From contig CAJCDH010000034.1 in NCBI GenBank assembly GCA_903961095.1, positions 1 through 61,525 of the forward strand: a DNA stretch of 61,525 nucleotides, given 5' to 3'. Shown in pieces: positions 23,890 through 34,209 of this stretch (its first letter is position 1; each line of letters opens with the position of its first letter). The position numbers and the translations under genes are program-made. This stretch comes from an uncultured Burkholderiales bacterium. Its GTDB lineage: Bacteria > Pseudomonadota > Gammaproteobacteria > Burkholderiales > Burkholderiaceae_C. The notes beneath the pieces were generated by a model that was given only the letters and a program-made list of their open reading frames with translations, searched no databases and had not been told where the DNA came from.

Positions 23890-25101
23890 ATGAATCCCCT
23901 ACTGGCCACCCTCCAACCCTACCCCTTCGAGCGCCTTCGCCAATTGTTTGCTGGCACAACGCCACCGGCAGACCGCGTGCACATCAGTCTTGGCATCGGT
24001 GAACCCAAACACGCCACACCCGAATTCATCAAAAACGCCTTAAAGGCGTCTTTAGACACAGCACTGTCTGGATATCCAGCCACGGCTGGAGAATTGCGCA
24101 TGCGGGAGGCCTGCGCGCAATGGCTCAAGCGCAGATATCGCATCGAAATTCAAGCTGGCACCCAGATTTTGCCTGTCAATGGCTCAAGAGAAGCCTTGTT
24201 TTCACTCGCTCAAGCGGTCATCGATCCGACGCACATTGGCGCACGCGTGGTCAGCCCCAACCCCTTCTACCAAATCTACGAAGGCGCGACGCTTTTAGGC
24301 GGTGCAGAGCCCTACTACGTGGCTAATTCGCCCGAAAACGACTTTTCTGCCGACTGGCTTGCCGTTCCTGATGAAGTTTGGCGCAATACACAACTGGTCT
24401 TTGTCTGCTCTCCTGGCAATCCGACCGGAAAAATAATGCCTTTGGCTGAATGGCAAACCTTGTTTGAACTCAGCGAAAAGTACGGCTTTGTCATTGCTTC
24501 CGATGAGTGCTACAGCGAAATTTACTTTAGAGATGAACCCCCATTGGGCGGTTTAGAAGCAGCATCCCTCTTGGGCTACAAAGAGTTCAAACGCTTGATC
24601 GCCTTTACCAGCTTGTCCAAACGCAGCAATGTGCCAGGCTTGCGTAGCGGCTTTGTAGCTGGCGACGCCGCCATCATCAAAGATTTTTTGCTTTACCGCA
24701 CCTACCACGGTTGCGCCATGAGCGGTGTGGTTCAAGCAGCCAGCATTTCGGCTTGGAACGACGAAGCGCACGTCATTGAAAATCGCAATTTATACCGCAC
24801 TAAGTTTGCCGAAGTGACCCCCGTGCTAGCTGAAGTCATGGACGTCAAATTACCAGATGCCAGCTTTTATTTGTGGGCGGGTGTACCAGCCGCATGGCAA
24901 AGCAGTGATACCAATTTTGCGCGCGATTTGTATGCTGCAGAAAACGTCACGGTCTTGCCGGGCAGCTACATTGGTCGCACTGTGAATGGGCATAACCCAG
25001 GACAAGGCCGCGTTCGAATGGCTTTGGTCGCCGAAACAGCAGAGTGTTTAGAGGCTGCACATCGCATTGCTCGCTTTATTCGTTTAGGACGGCCATCATG
25101 A
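23890..25101 (+). CDS. dapC: Succinyldiaminopimelate transaminase
   Basis: 'LQPYPFERL', 'SDECYSEIY' and '[14 protein letters not shown]'; divergent from smc. Confidence 0.92.
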   Translation: MNPLLATLQPYPFERLRQLFAGTTPPADRVHISLGIGEPKHATPEFIKNALKASLDTALSGYPATAGELRMREACAQWLKRRYRIEIQAGTQILPVNGSREALFSLAQAVIDPTHIGARVVSPNPFYQIYEGATLLGGAEPYYVANSPENDFSADWLAVPDEVWRNTQLVFVCSPGNPTGKIMPLAEWQTLFELSEKYGFVIASDECYSEIYFRDEPPLGGLEAASLLGYKEFKRLIAFTSLSKRSNVPGLRSGFVAGDAAIIKDFLLYRTYHGCAMSGVVQAASISAWNDEAHVIENRNLYRTKFAEVTPVLAEVMDVKLPDASFYLWAGVPAAWQSSDTNFARDLYAAENVTVLPGSYIGRTVNGHNPGQGRVRMALVAETAECLEAAHRIARFIRLGRPS

Positions 25102-26270
25102 GCGCCACACTTCGACTGGCCGAGCAACTCATTTCAATGCCCTCGGTCACGCCTTCAGATGGCGGATGCACAGCTTTGATCAACTCGCACCTTGAACCCT
25201 TGGGCTTTCAATGCGAGGTCATCGATCTAGGGCCAGACAATTTTAGGGTTCGCAATCTTTGGGCCCGAAGATCTGGCTCTTCTGGTCAAACATTGGCTTT
25301 TGCAGGGCACGTTGACGTGGTCCCTACTGGCCCGCTGCAGCATTGGTCTAGCGATCCGTTTACACCCACACATCGAGATGGCAAATTGTTTGGTCGTGGC
25401 GCTAGCGACATGAAAACATCTTTGGCAGCCATGGTGGTGGCTACCCAAGAGTTTTACCAAGAATGTCCTAATCCTGCGTTGGGCATTGCATTTTTGCTAA
25501 CCAGCGATGAAGAAGGCCCTGCCCTCGATGGCACGGTGCGCATCTGTGAAATACTGCACTCGCGCAACGAAACACCCCAGTATTGCATTGTGGGAGAGCC
25601 CACGTCTGTCAAACAAACAGGTGACATGATCAAGAATGGCCGCAGAGGTTCGCTCAGTGGCAAATTGATCGTGAAGGGAATCCAAGGCCATATTGCATAC
25701 CCTCAATTGGCAGACAATCCCGTGCACCGTGCTGCACCAGCCTTGGCCGAATTGGCCAGCATGCTTTGGGATGAGGGGAATGAATTCTTCCCACCCACCA
25801 GCTGGCAAATCAGCAACGTTCAAGCTGGCACTGGCGCCACCAATGTCATTCCAGGTGAAATGGTCATAGACTTCAATTTTCGTTTTTGTACCGAGTCAAC
25901 AGAAGCCACTTTGAAAAAGAGACTCACCGATGTTCTTCTAAAACATCATTTGAAATTTGACATTGAGTGGACGCTGGGTGGACTTCCGTTTCTCACAACA
26001 CCCGGTAGCTTGGTGAAGGCGGTACAAGAGGCCATTCATGCGGTCACAGGACTTCAAACAGAGCTGTCAACAACGGGAGGCACCAGTGATGGCCGGTTCA
26101 TAGCGCAAACATGTCCTCAAGTCATAGAACTGGGGCCACCCAATGCCACGATTCACAAAATAGATGAGCATGTTGAATTGGCAGACATTGAGCCGTTGAA
26201 AAATATTTATAAAATGGTTTTAATGAATTTGAACAAAGCCTGCCAGCAAGACAAAGGCCAAATGCCTTAA
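25098..26270 (+). CDS. dapE: Succinyl-diaminopimelate desuccinylase
   Basis: 'FAGHVDVVP', 'GRGASDMK', 'SDEEG', 'GRRGS' and 'GGTSDGRF'; ATGA overlap with dapC. Confidence 0.95.
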   Translation: MSATLRLAEQLISMPSVTPSDGGCTALINSHLEPLGFQCEVIDLGPDNFRVRNLWARRSGSSGQTLAFAGHVDVVPTGPLQHWSSDPFTPTHRDGKLFGRGASDMKTSLAAMVVATQEFYQECPNPALGIAFLLTSDEEGPALDGTVRICEILHSRNETPQYCIVGEPTSVKQTGDMIKNGRRGSLSGKLIVKGIQGHIAYPQLADNPVHRAAPALAELASMLWDEGNEFFPPTSWQISNVQAGTGATNVIPGEMVIDFNFRFCTESTEATLKKRLTDVLLKHHLKFDIEWTLGGLPFLTTPGSLVKAVQEAIHAVTGLQTELSTTGGTSDGRFIAQTCPQVIELGPPNATIHKIDEHVELADIEPLKNIYKMVLMNLNKACQQDKGQMP

Positions 26271-26282
26271 GGCTCTACTGCA

Positions 26283-27209
26283 ATGGATTTGAAACAACTT
26301 ATAAAGACCAGTGCGACTCAGCTGGAACTGGCCAAACTTGCTTATGGCCACGGCACCTTCAACGCGCAAGACGAAGCAGCTTGGCTTATTTTGTGGCAAC
26401 TCAAATTGCCATTGGACTTAGACTTGTCAGAAGACCTTTTGCGCATTCAGGGTCAAGTTTCTGCATTGAATTCAAGCCTCCATGTGACTGACATTGCCCC
26501 AGCCCATCTCAATGCATGTCAAGCGCTTATAGCTCAACGCATAGAAACTCGAAAACCTGCGGCCTACCTCACTCAGGAAGCTTGGCTCCAAGGCATTCCC
26601 TTCTATGTGGATGAGCGAAGCATTGTGCCGCGCAGTTTCATTGCTGAGCTCATTGCCGATGGTGCATTTGACGGCTGGCTTTCTGAAACTTCTCACACGT
26701 TCTTAGATCTCTGCACTGGCAATGGCAGTTTGGCGGTTCTTTGTGCCCTAGCCTATCCCGATATTCAAGTGACAGGTGCTGACATTTCAGCAGAGGCCCT
26801 GGCCGTCGCCAAAATCAATATTGAGAAACACCATCTGAGCGATCGCATTCAGCTTGTGCAAAGCGATGGGCTTCAAGGCCTCTCACAGAAATTCGATTGC
26901 ATCGTTTGCAATCCACCCTATGTGTGCGAGGCTAGCATGCTGGAGCTTCCAGACGAATTCAAAGCCGAGCCTCAATTGGCTTTAGCCGGAGGCACTGATG
27001 GCATGAGTTTCATACGTCAGATGTTCAAAGACTTAGCACAGCGCATGAACGATCAAGGGATCTTGGTACTTGAAATAGGCAATGAACGCGAGCACTTTGA
27101 AACGGCATTTCCAAGACTTGAAGCTGTCTGGTTAGAAACCAGCGCAGGTGAAGACCAAGTTTTATTGCTCACCAAAGAAGCACTGCTCCAGGTCTTTGCC
27201 AATCAATGA
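26283..27209 (+). CDS. prmB: Ribosomal protein L3 glutamine methyltransferase
   Basis: 'YGHGT', 'FYVDERSIVPRSFIAE', DLCTGNG and NPPY motifs. Confidence 0.93.
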   Translation: MDLKQLIKTSATQLELAKLAYGHGTFNAQDEAAWLILWQLKLPLDLDLSEDLLRIQGQVSALNSSLHVTDIAPAHLNACQALIAQRIETRKPAAYLTQEAWLQGIPFYVDERSIVPRSFIAELIADGAFDGWLSETSHTFLDLCTGNGSLAVLCALAYPDIQVTGADISAEALAVAKINIEKHHLSDRIQLVQSDGLQGLSQKFDCIVCNPPYVCEASMLELPDEFKAEPQLALAGGTDGMSFIRQMFKDLAQRMNDQGILVLEIGNEREHFETAFPRLEAVWLETSAGEDQVLLLTKEALLQVFANQ

Positions 27210-27303
27210 CAAGCATCCCTGCGCCAATACCGCATCAAAATCTATACGCTGAAATGTTGCTTGATTGGCAATATTTCAGCTTGCTCACAAACAAAGCCTA
27301 TTC

Positions 27304-29292
27304 ATGATTCAACTGAAAAATGTCACTCTGCGTCGAAGCGCTAAAGTTTTACTCGATGCAGCCTCCGTTACCTTAAACCCTGGCGAGAAAGTAGGCTTGG
27401 TGGGTCGCAACGGCGCAGGCAAATCCACCCTCTTTGCCCTTTTCAATGGCACACTTCACGAAGATGGCGGCGACTTCTCCATGCCAAAGCAATGGCGCTT
27501 AGCCCAAGTGTCACAAAACATGCCGGAGACAGAAGAAAGCGCCACAGATTTTGTGCTGGGTGGCGACACTCGATTGGCCGAGTTGCGTGCAGCTCTGAAT
27601 GCCGCAGAACTCGCAGAAGATGGCATGGCCATGGCGCATGCCCACGTTGACTTGGCAGACGCCGGCGAACACGATGCAGTCCCTAGAGCTCAGGCTCTGA
27701 TTTTGGGTTTGGGTTTTCGTTCAGCCGAATTAAACCAAGCCGTCAACAGCTTTTCAGGGGGTTGGCGAATGCGTCTTCAATTGGCGCGCGCTTTAATGTG
27801 TCCCTCCGATTTATTGATTCTGGACGAACCCACCAATCACTTGGACTTGGATGCCTTGGTTTGGCTTGAAGCATGGCTCAAACGCTATTCGGGCACCATG
27901 ATTGTGATTAGCCACGATCGTGAATTTTTAGATGCAGTCACTGACGTGACGCTGCACATTGAACATGCCAAACTAAACCGCTATGGTGGCAATTACAGTG
28001 CCTTTGAAACCTTGCGGTCGCAGCAACTTGAATTGCAACAAGCCTCTTTCTCAAAACAGCAAGACAAGATTGCGCACTTGCAAAAGTTCATTGACCGCTT
28101 CAAAGCCAAAGCCAGCAAAGCCAAGCAGGCACAAAGTCGAGTCAAAGCACTAGAACGCATGGAGAAAATTGCGCCTGTTTTGGCCGATGCTGATTTCACA
28201 TTTGAGTTCAAAGAGCCACAAAACTTGCCGAACCCCATGTTGGCCATATCTGATGCTAACTTGGGATACACCATCGATGGCGATGAAAAGATCATTGTTA
28301 GACAAGTCAATAAATCTGTTCTAGCAGGGCAACGCATTGGCATTTTGGGAGCCAATGGTCAAGGCAAATCAACACTGGTGAAAACCATTGCGCGCAGCAT
28401 CAAAGCCTTGTCTGGTGAATTGACAGAAGGCAAAGGACTGAACATTGGTTACTTTGCGCAGCAAGAATTAGATGTATTGCATCCAGCCGACAATCCTCTG
28501 GAGCACATGATTCGTTTGGTCAAAGAACTGGGCACCATCCAAGGACAATCATCACGCGAGCAAGACTTGCGAAATTTCTTGGGCACCTTCAACTTCACCG
28601 GAGACATGGTGAAACAAAGTGTAGGCTCAATGAGCGGCGGCGAAAAAGCCCGATTGGTTTTGGCCATGATTGTTTGGCAGCGTCCCAACTTATTGCTGCT
28701 TGATGAACCAACCAATCATTTGGACTTAGCGACTCGCGAAGCCTTGTCGATGGCCCTTAATGAATTTGAAGGCACCGTGATGCTGGTGAGCCACGATCGC
28801 GCTTTGCTGCGTGCAGTGTGTGATGACTTCTGGCTGGTTGGTCGCGGCGAAATCAAACCTTTTGATGGCGACCTTGACGATTACCAGCGCTACCTATTGG
28901 AAGAGTCAAAGCGCTTGCGAGAAGAAGCCAAAGCCAATGATGTTGCTGCGCCAATACAGCAGATGTCGGCACTGGTTGAAGTGATTGCCAAGCCCATCGT
29001 GCCACCGCAGAATCGAAGCTCAGAACAAAAGAAGGGGGATGCTTTGCTGCGACAGCAAAAGTCTGCACTCACAAAACCCTTGAAAAAATCGATTGAAAAA
29101 GCCGATGCACAATTACTTTTGCTGCATGCTGAAAAAACTGCCCTCGAAGAAAAGTTAACTCAAGCCCTTGCCCCTGCTGACATTGCAGAAACTGGCAAAC
29201 AATTGAAGTTAGCAAATCATGCATTGGAAGCGCTTGAGGCGCAGTGGCTGGCTTGGTCCGAAGAACTCGAAAAGCTAATGCAAGAGTCTTGA
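27304..29292 (+). CDS. ABC-F family ATPase (YheS-like)
   Basis: Two ATPase cassettes (GRNGAGKS, GANGQGKS), FSGGWRMR, two LDEPTNHLD motifs, and no TM segments. Confidence 0.92.
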   Translation: MIQLKNVTLRRSAKVLLDAASVTLNPGEKVGLVGRNGAGKSTLFALFNGTLHEDGGDFSMPKQWRLAQVSQNMPETEESATDFVLGGDTRLAELRAALNAAELAEDGMAMAHAHVDLADAGEHDAVPRAQALILGLGFRSAELNQAVNSFSGGWRMRLQLARALMCPSDLLILDEPTNHLDLDALVWLEAWLKRYSGTMIVISHDREFLDAVTDVTLHIEHAKLNRYGGNYSAFETLRSQQLELQQASFSKQQDKIAHLQKFIDRFKAKASKAKQAQSRVKALERMEKIAPVLADADFTFEFKEPQNLPNPMLAISDANLGYTIDGDEKIIVRQVNKSVLAGQRIGILGANGQGKSTLVKTIARSIKALSGELTEGKGLNIGYFAQQELDVLHPADNPLEHMIRLVKELGTIQGQSSREQDLRNFLGTFNFTGDMVKQSVGSMSGGEKARLVLAMIVWQRPNLLLLDEPTNHLDLATREALSMALNEFEGTVMLVSHDRALLRAVCDDFWLVGRGEIKPFDGDLDDYQRYLLEESKRLREEAKANDVAAPIQQMSALVEVIAKPIVPPQNRSSEQKKGDALLRQQKSALTKPLKKSIEKADAQLLLLHAEKTALEEKLTQALAPADIAETGKQLKLANHALEALEAQWLAWSEELEKLMQES

Positions 29293-29343
29293 TGCAAGGG
29301 CCGTGATGCAAGAGCCCAAAGCTTGAAACTTTTAAGTCCAAGA

Positions 29344-29379
29344 AAAAACCCCGCGAAGCGGAGGCTTCGCGGGGTTTTT
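29344..29379. terminator. Bidirectional rho-independent terminator between ABC-F gene and tRNA-Lys
   Basis: AAAAACCCCGCGAAGC-GGAG-GCTTCGCGGGGTTTTT forms a perfect 16-bp stem. Confidence 0.92.
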
Positions 29380-29398
29380 GATAAGGGGTTTGAGTATT

Positions 29399-29474
29399 TG
29401 GTGGGTCGGGCGAGATTCGAACTCGCGACCAACGGATTAAAAGTCCGCTGCTCTACCGACTGAGCTACCGACCC
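29399..29474 (-). tRNA. tRNA-Lys (anticodon UUU)
   Basis: Reverse complement reads GGGTCGGTAGCTCAGTCGGTAGAGCAGCGGACTTTTAATCCGTTGGTCGCGAGTTCGAATCTCGCCCGACCCACCA: 76 nt, loop CTTTTAA, GTTCGA T-loop, encoded CCA. Confidence 0.97.
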
Positions 29475-29491
29475 AAATACCCAAGCCTTAA

Positions 29492-29521
29492 ATTATAGCG
29501 TCATTTTTTTATGTTTGCCAA
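29492..29521 (-). promoter_or_regulatory. Sigma70-type promoter for tRNA-Lys
   Basis: Minus strand TTGGCA-N18-TATAAT, ending 17 nt before the tRNA 5' end and overlapping the tcdA 3' end. Confidence 0.6.
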
Positions 29522-30310
29522 CCTGGTCGCAAGAAAATTTACGACCATGGAGGCGGCCACCAAACCAAAGGTGGCCGTCACTGTCACGGCAGAGCCGTAG
29601 CCATGACAGCCCAAGGAGCCATCCCCCTCAACTTGGCAAGATGCGTCTGGCGGCGCCACATTCTCTCGACTGAACACACAATGCACGCCGATCTTTTTGC
29701 CTTCTTTAGGGGCGCCCTTTTCCTTCCTAAGTCTGTATCGAAGTTGCGCTAACAAAGGGTCATGCGTCACTTGAGAAAGGTCAGCTTGTTCAACAAGATG
29801 GGCTTGTCTTTTACCACCAGCTGCGCCCAATGCGACAAAGAATATCTTTTGCCGAATGGCCCAATCTGCCATCGTCACTTTGGCTTTCACTTGATCACAC
29901 GCGTCAACAACTGCGCTAACTGGTGCAGTAGTACAAGGCAAACCTTGGGTCACAGAAATAAGATCCAGCCAATTTTCGGGTGTCACAAAGTCGTCTACCA
30001 AATGCACCAAACAATCAGGGTTGATCTGAGCAATTCGCTCTTTCATGGCCACAACTTTGGCTTGTCCCAAAGTGCTTTCCAAAGCATGAATTTGTCGATT
30101 GATATTTGATTCAGCAATGTGGTCCATGTCAATCAATGTCAGTTGACCAACGCCACTTCGGGCTAAGGCTTCTGCGATCCAAGAGCCAACGCCACCAATG
30201 CCAACAATCACAACATGTGCGTTGGCAATTTGAGCCGCACCTGATACGCCATACAGTCTGGCCATCCCACCAAACCTGCGACCGGAGATAGGCTCTGAAT
30301 TCACTGTCAT
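29501..30310 (-). CDS. tcdA: tRNA threonylcarbamoyladenosine dehydratase (ThiF family)
   Basis: 'RRFGGMARLYG', GIGGVGSW, 'SNINRQIHA' and 'DPLLAQLRYRLRK'. Confidence 0.9.
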   Translation of the reverse strand: MTVNSEPISGRRFGGMARLYGVSGAAQIANAHVVIVGIGGVGSWIAEALARSGVGQLTLIDMDHIAESNINRQIHALESTLGQAKVVAMKERIAQINPDCLVHLVDDFVTPENWLDLISVTQGLPCTTAPVSAVVDACDQVKAKVTMADWAIRQKIFFVALGAAGGKRQAHLVEQADLSQVTHDPLLAQLRYRLRKEKGAPKEGKKIGVHCVFSRENVAPPDASCQVEGDGSLGCHGYGSAVTVTATFGLVAASMVVNFLATRLANIKK

Positions 30311-30332
30311 TTTTTAAAAATGAGATGCCGAC

Positions 30333-31439
30333 TTAAGCTTGTCGCAAATCGTATTGCAATGCAGCATAAGCGCCAGCCAGAATGGCCATGCTTGCAATCA
30401 AGCTGGCTAGGCTGAGCGTTGAAAATCCGCTTAGACCTTGTCCAATTGAGCAGCCCATGGCGAGTACTGCGCCCAAACCCATCATGCTTGCACCGACAAG
30501 ATGGCGCCTCATGTCTGCCACATTGGTAAATCCTTCTAGCCTCAATGTGCCTTGTTGCCAGGCACTGATGGATGCGCCTGCACAAACACCTAAGACACTG
30601 ATCAAACCAATGGTCAATCGCTTGGTGCCATCGCTGAAATAAGCGAGCGCATCGATGGTTAAAGCAACAGGCCCAGTGAAACTCAGCGCTTCCATTTTGC
30701 GACTTGAGGTTGCCAGAAAAAATTCTTCCAATGTTTCCGGATGCTCCATGCCGTGGCCCAGCACACCAGAAATCCACCAAACAACGCAAATAACGAGGCC
30801 AACCAAAATGCCTGTAGACAGATTGTTGAAATTGATGAAATTTTTGTCTTTCAAAGCCCAGAAAAACAAAATAGCAGAAACCAGGCAGGCTGCCCACAAA
30901 CTACCCACTTGAAGCGAAACCTTGAAATAATGACTAAGCCATTCTCCAAGAAACATGCCTTGAGGCAATTCGATTTTCACAACATCAATGAATTGAACTC
31001 TTCCAACTGCCAGCACGCCCTTCATGGCTGAAAGCGCTACAAAACCCATGACGAGCAAAACGAACAAGGATTTCAAATTACCTGCGCCTAATCTGACCAA
31101 AGACTTTGAGCCACAGCCCGAAGCCCAAACCATGCCCCAACCAAAAAGCAAACCCCCGAGCAAGGCTGACAGCCACAACAAATCTTTTGTGGCATAGATC
31201 GATTGGAGGGGGTTGATGAGGCCGGCATAAGTCATGCAGCCAAAACCCAAAACTGCAACGGCCAAGGCAAGCGCCCATTGCCGCAAACGGTCAAAATTTT
31301 CCATGACCACCGCGTCACTGACAGCGCCCATGGTGCAGAAGTGAGTGCGATGCAATAAAGCACCGAAAAATAGAGACACCAGCGCAGCCGCTGTGAGAAC
31401 CATCCACTGTAAATGGGCCAGCTCAAGCTCGTTCATCAA
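30333..31439 (-). CDS. YeeE/YedE family sulfur-compound (thiosulfate/selenium) transporter
   Basis: Multi-TM protein with the Cys motifs FCTMG, GCGS and GCSIGQG. Confidence 0.88.
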   Translation of the reverse strand: MMNELELAHLQWMVLTAAALVSLFFGALLHRTHFCTMGAVSDAVVMENFDRLRQWALALAVAVLGFGCMTYAGLINPLQSIYATKDLLWLSALLGGLLFGWGMVWASGCGSKSLVRLGAGNLKSLFVLLVMGFVALSAMKGVLAVGRVQFIDVVKIELPQGMFLGEWLSHYFKVSLQVGSLWAACLVSAILFFWALKDKNFINFNNLSTGILVGLVICVVWWISGVLGHGMEHPETLEEFFLATSSRKMEALSFTGPVALTIDALAYFSDGTKRLTIGLISVLGVCAGASISAWQQGTLRLEGFTNVADMRRHLVGASMMGLGAVLAMGCSIGQGLSGFSTLSLASLIASMAILAGAYAALQYDLRQA

Positions 31440-31442
31440 GGA

Positions 31443-32282
31443 CTACTTTAAGCGGGATAAGCGCTGCTTGGCAGTTTGTGCCGCTTCGCTGGCTGGATAG
31501 CGTTTCACCAAGTCTTCCATGGCTTTTTTTGCAGCTTTCAAGTCTTTGAGTTCTACCCAACAATTTGAAATTGCCAGCATGGCCTCAGCCGCACGGGAGT
31601 GCTCTGGAGCGATAGTGAGCAGCTTTCGAAAGTTGGCGATTGACTCTTTGTAATCTTTGGTGGCGTACTGTGCATTACCAAGCCAGAACAAGGAAGAAGA
31701 GGCATAGCCACTGGTGGGGTATTTGAGCAAGAAAGACAACAAACTGTTTTGTGCAGCAGCAAAGTCGCCCGTTCGGAAGACCGCCAAAGCCGCATCAAAT
31801 TGTTTTTTTTCTGCAGGGTCAGCCTGAAATTCAAGGCCGTCTAAAACAACATTGATAGGCTCAAACTTGCTCAATCTGGAGTCGACGGTTTGCAAGACAT
31901 CTTTTTGCTTAAGCTGGACTTCAGACAGTTCTTTTAAAAACTGCTCGAATGAACCACGCATACCTGCCTGAGTGCTCTTCAATGTGTCAATTTGATTTTG
32001 CAGATCAAGCATGGCCCGCCTTATGCTGACATTCTCATCAGATTGAGATTTAACCGATTGCTGTGCAGTCTCTAGTTTTTGTTGGGTAGCCTCCAACTTT
32101 TGTTGGGTAGCCTCTAGATTTTTCTGTGTAGCCTCCAACCTTTGGCGCAAGTCTAAGATGGCCCTGCGAGCTTCGTCATCTCCGAACAAGGCCGCGTTGG
32201 CCACAAAACTGAGACTCGACAAAGCCATGACCAAAGTCAATTTGAAGATGGATGGACTAACAAAAGAGCTCATAAGACGCAT
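31443..32282 (-). CDS. cpoB: Tol-Pal system protein CpoB/YbgF
   Basis: 'ALFGDDEARRAILDLRQR', coiled coil and TPR C-terminus; located after pal. Confidence 0.92.
   Translation of the reverse strand: MRLMSSFVSPSIFKLTLVMALSSLSFVANAALFGDDEARRAILDLRQRLEATQKNLEATQQKLEATQQKLETAQQSVKSQSDENVSIRRAMLDLQNQIDTLKSTQAGMRGSFEQFLKELSEVQLKQKDVLQTVDSRLSKFEPINVVLDGLEFQADPAEKKQFDAALAVFRTGDFAAAQNSLLSFLLKYPTSGYASSSLFWLGNAQYATKDYKESIANFRKLLTIAPEHSRAAEAMLAISNCWVELKDLKAAKKAMEDLVKRYPASEAAQTAKQRLSRLK
32055..32138 (-). repeat. Four imperfect 21-bp tandem units inside cpoB (LEATQKN LEATQQK LEATQQK LETAQQS)
   Basis: TTGGAGGCTACACAGAAAAAT / CTAGAGGCTACCCAACAAAAG / TTGGAGGCTACCCAACAAAAA / CTAGAGACTGCACAGCAATCG. Confidence 0.85.
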
Positions 32283-32285
32283 TGA

Positions 32286-32831
32286 TTAGTATTTAATTTC
32301 AACTCGGCGGTTCTTGGCAAAAGCTGCTTCATCAGAGCCCTGTGCTGCAGGCTTTTCTTTGCCAAAACTAACGGCCTCAAGTTGGGCATCGCTCACACCC
32401 AAAAGTGTTAATGAGCGGCGAACAGTCTCTGCACGTTTTTGCCCTAATGCCAAGTTGTACTCACGACCGCCTCGTTCATCGGTATGGCCTTCGAGTTGAA
32501 CTTTAAATTGCTTATTGGCTTGAAGGTGTGCTGCATTGCGCTCTAAAACTGCACGAGCTTCAGGCAACAATGTGAAGCTGTCATAGTCAAAATAGACCAC
32601 ATTGACCCCTGCAGGCGCAACACCTTGGGCGCTTGCCTTAGCACCCACTACCGCAGCGACACTGCTTTGAGCCGCTCCAGAAACCGGCGCGGCAGCTGCA
32701 TTAGAGTCATTGGCAGCCGTTGCAGCGGAGGCATTCTTGTCCTCGACAGGTACATCGCTTAACTTAACACCTGAAGAACAGGCACTGAGTACGGCGGTGA
32801 GCGCCAAAATCCAAAGACTACGTTTAATCAT
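32286..32831 (-). CDS. pal: Peptidoglycan-associated lipoprotein Pal
   Basis: Lipobox LSAC, 'YFDYDS' and 'EGHTDERGGREYNLALGQKRA'. GGAG SD lies before ATG 32831. Confidence 0.96.
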   Translation of the reverse strand: MIKRSLWILALTAVLSACSSGVKLSDVPVEDKNASAATAANDSNAAAAPVSGAAQSSVAAVVGAKASAQGVAPAGVNVVYFDYDSFTLLPEARAVLERNAAHLQANKQFKVQLEGHTDERGGREYNLALGQKRAETVRRSLTLLGVSDAQLEAVSFGKEKPAAQGSDEAAFAKNRRVEIKY

Positions 32832-32847
32832 AAAAACTCCAAAAAAA

Positions 32848-34149
32848 TTACCGGTATGGACCCCAAGCAGGTTCACGAATATCACCACTTTGGCCAGACA
32901 ATTTAGCTTTGATTTTGCCGTCCAATGTGCTTGTCATGAGCGCCTCACGACCTTGAAGCACGGTGGCATACACAATCAACTTGCTGTTGGGTGCAAAGCT
33001 AGGGCGCTCATCGGCTGAAGTTTCAGTGATGGCGCTGGTCTGGCCGGTACTCAAGTTCAAGACTTGAACTTTGAACTGCCCCCCAATGCGTGAGATGTAA
33101 GTTAGCCACCGCCCATCTGGGCTAAGTGAAGGTGAGATATTATAACTTCCACCAAATGTGACTCTTTCAACCCCTGAGCCGTTGGCGTTCATTTTGTAGA
33201 TTTGGGGGCTGCCGCCCCGATCAGAAACGAAATAAATCTTAGAGCCATCTTGTGTATAGCTTGGCTCGGTGTCAATGCCTGTGGTTTGACTGAGACGCTG
33301 CGCCTCACCTGAAGCAACATCAATCTGGTAAAGCTGCGAGCCCCCATCGCGGCTCAGAGTGGCCAACAAAGAACGGCTATCGGGTGACCAAGCAGGCGCA
33401 CTGTTAGAGCCTCTGAAATTGGCCATCACTTTTCGTTTACCGGTTGCCAATTCATGCACGTAAATCACTGGTTTGCGAGATTCGAAGGAAACGTAGGCCA
33501 GTTGAGTTCCTTTGGGTGACCATGAAGGCGAGATGATGGGCTCGGCACTTGTGAGTGCAGATTGTGCGTTTTCACCATCAGAGTCGGCAATCCACAGGTT
33601 GTACCTGCTTGAGGTTTTGGTGATGTAGGCAATGCGCGTCGCAAAAACACCCTTCTCGCCTGTGAGCTTTTCATAAACCCAATCGGCCAAGCGGTGGGCT
33701 GACAAGCGCAAATCTGCTGCTGCCACAGTTTCGCGATAATCGCCTCGCTCTTGACCTGACACCACATCCCACAATCTGGCACGTACTTCATAGCGGCCGT
33801 CAGCCAAGCGGGTAGAACTTCCTGCGACCAGCGCGTCGGCACTTTTCTGCCGCAACATTGCATGATCTGGGCGGGATAGTTCGTCCATCGATAAGCCCAA
33901 ATTGGACACAACTCTGAACTGACCGCTTCTCTCTAAATCGGCAGTCAAAATGGCTGATGTTTTCTGAGGCGCGGTTTCTTCCCCCTTGAAGGTGACAACG
34001 GCAATTGGAACCTGCGTTAATCCAACGCCTGAAACCTCCACTTTGAACTGAGCCCAAGCCAAGTTGGATGCCAAGGGTAAACAGAGCAACAAAGCGCTGA
34101 AAAACCGCTTTAAAGAAGAGAAATAGGTCAAAAATGAGATCTTATTCAT
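32848..34149 (-). CDS. tolB: Tol-Pal beta-propeller protein TolB
   Basis: 'DLERSGQF', 'LTGEKGVFATRIAY', and PD40 repeats (PSWSP, PAWSPD). Confidence 0.96.
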   Translation of the reverse strand: MNKISFLTYFSSLKRFFSALLLCLPLASNLAWAQFKVEVSGVGLTQVPIAVVTFKGEETAPQKTSAILTADLERSGQFRVVSNLGLSMDELSRPDHAMLRQKSADALVAGSSTRLADGRYEVRARLWDVVSGQERGDYRETVAAADLRLSAHRLADWVYEKLTGEKGVFATRIAYITKTSSRYNLWIADSDGENAQSALTSAEPIISPSWSPKGTQLAYVSFESRKPVIYVHELATGKRKVMANFRGSNSAPAWSPDSRSLLATLSRDGGSQLYQIDVASGEAQRLSQTTGIDTEPSYTQDGSKIYFVSDRGGSPQIYKMNANGSGVERVTFGGSYNISPSLSPDGRWLTYISRIGGQFKVQVLNLSTGQTSAITETSADERPSFAPNSKLIVYATVLQGREALMTSTLDGKIKAKLSGQSGDIREPAWGPYR

Positions 34150-34209
34150 ATGGAATGTTAGTCTGTACACCTCTAATTTAGCATTTTGACACGCAGTAAA
34201 ATCTTTTCA

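Noticed and set aside
29292-29474. tRNA-Lys 3' end as an integration site of a genomic island
   Set aside because: No integrase is present, I noticed no duplicate of the tRNA 3' end, and the flanks are housekeeping genes.
30307-30897. 196-aa alternative-frame ORF inside the yeeE gene, and similar long overlapping ORFs (10618-11238, 20651-21244, 42497-43168, 45319-46011, 48701-49309)
   Set aside because: They are fully nested in well-supported genes and show no recognisable motifs; such shadow frames are expected.
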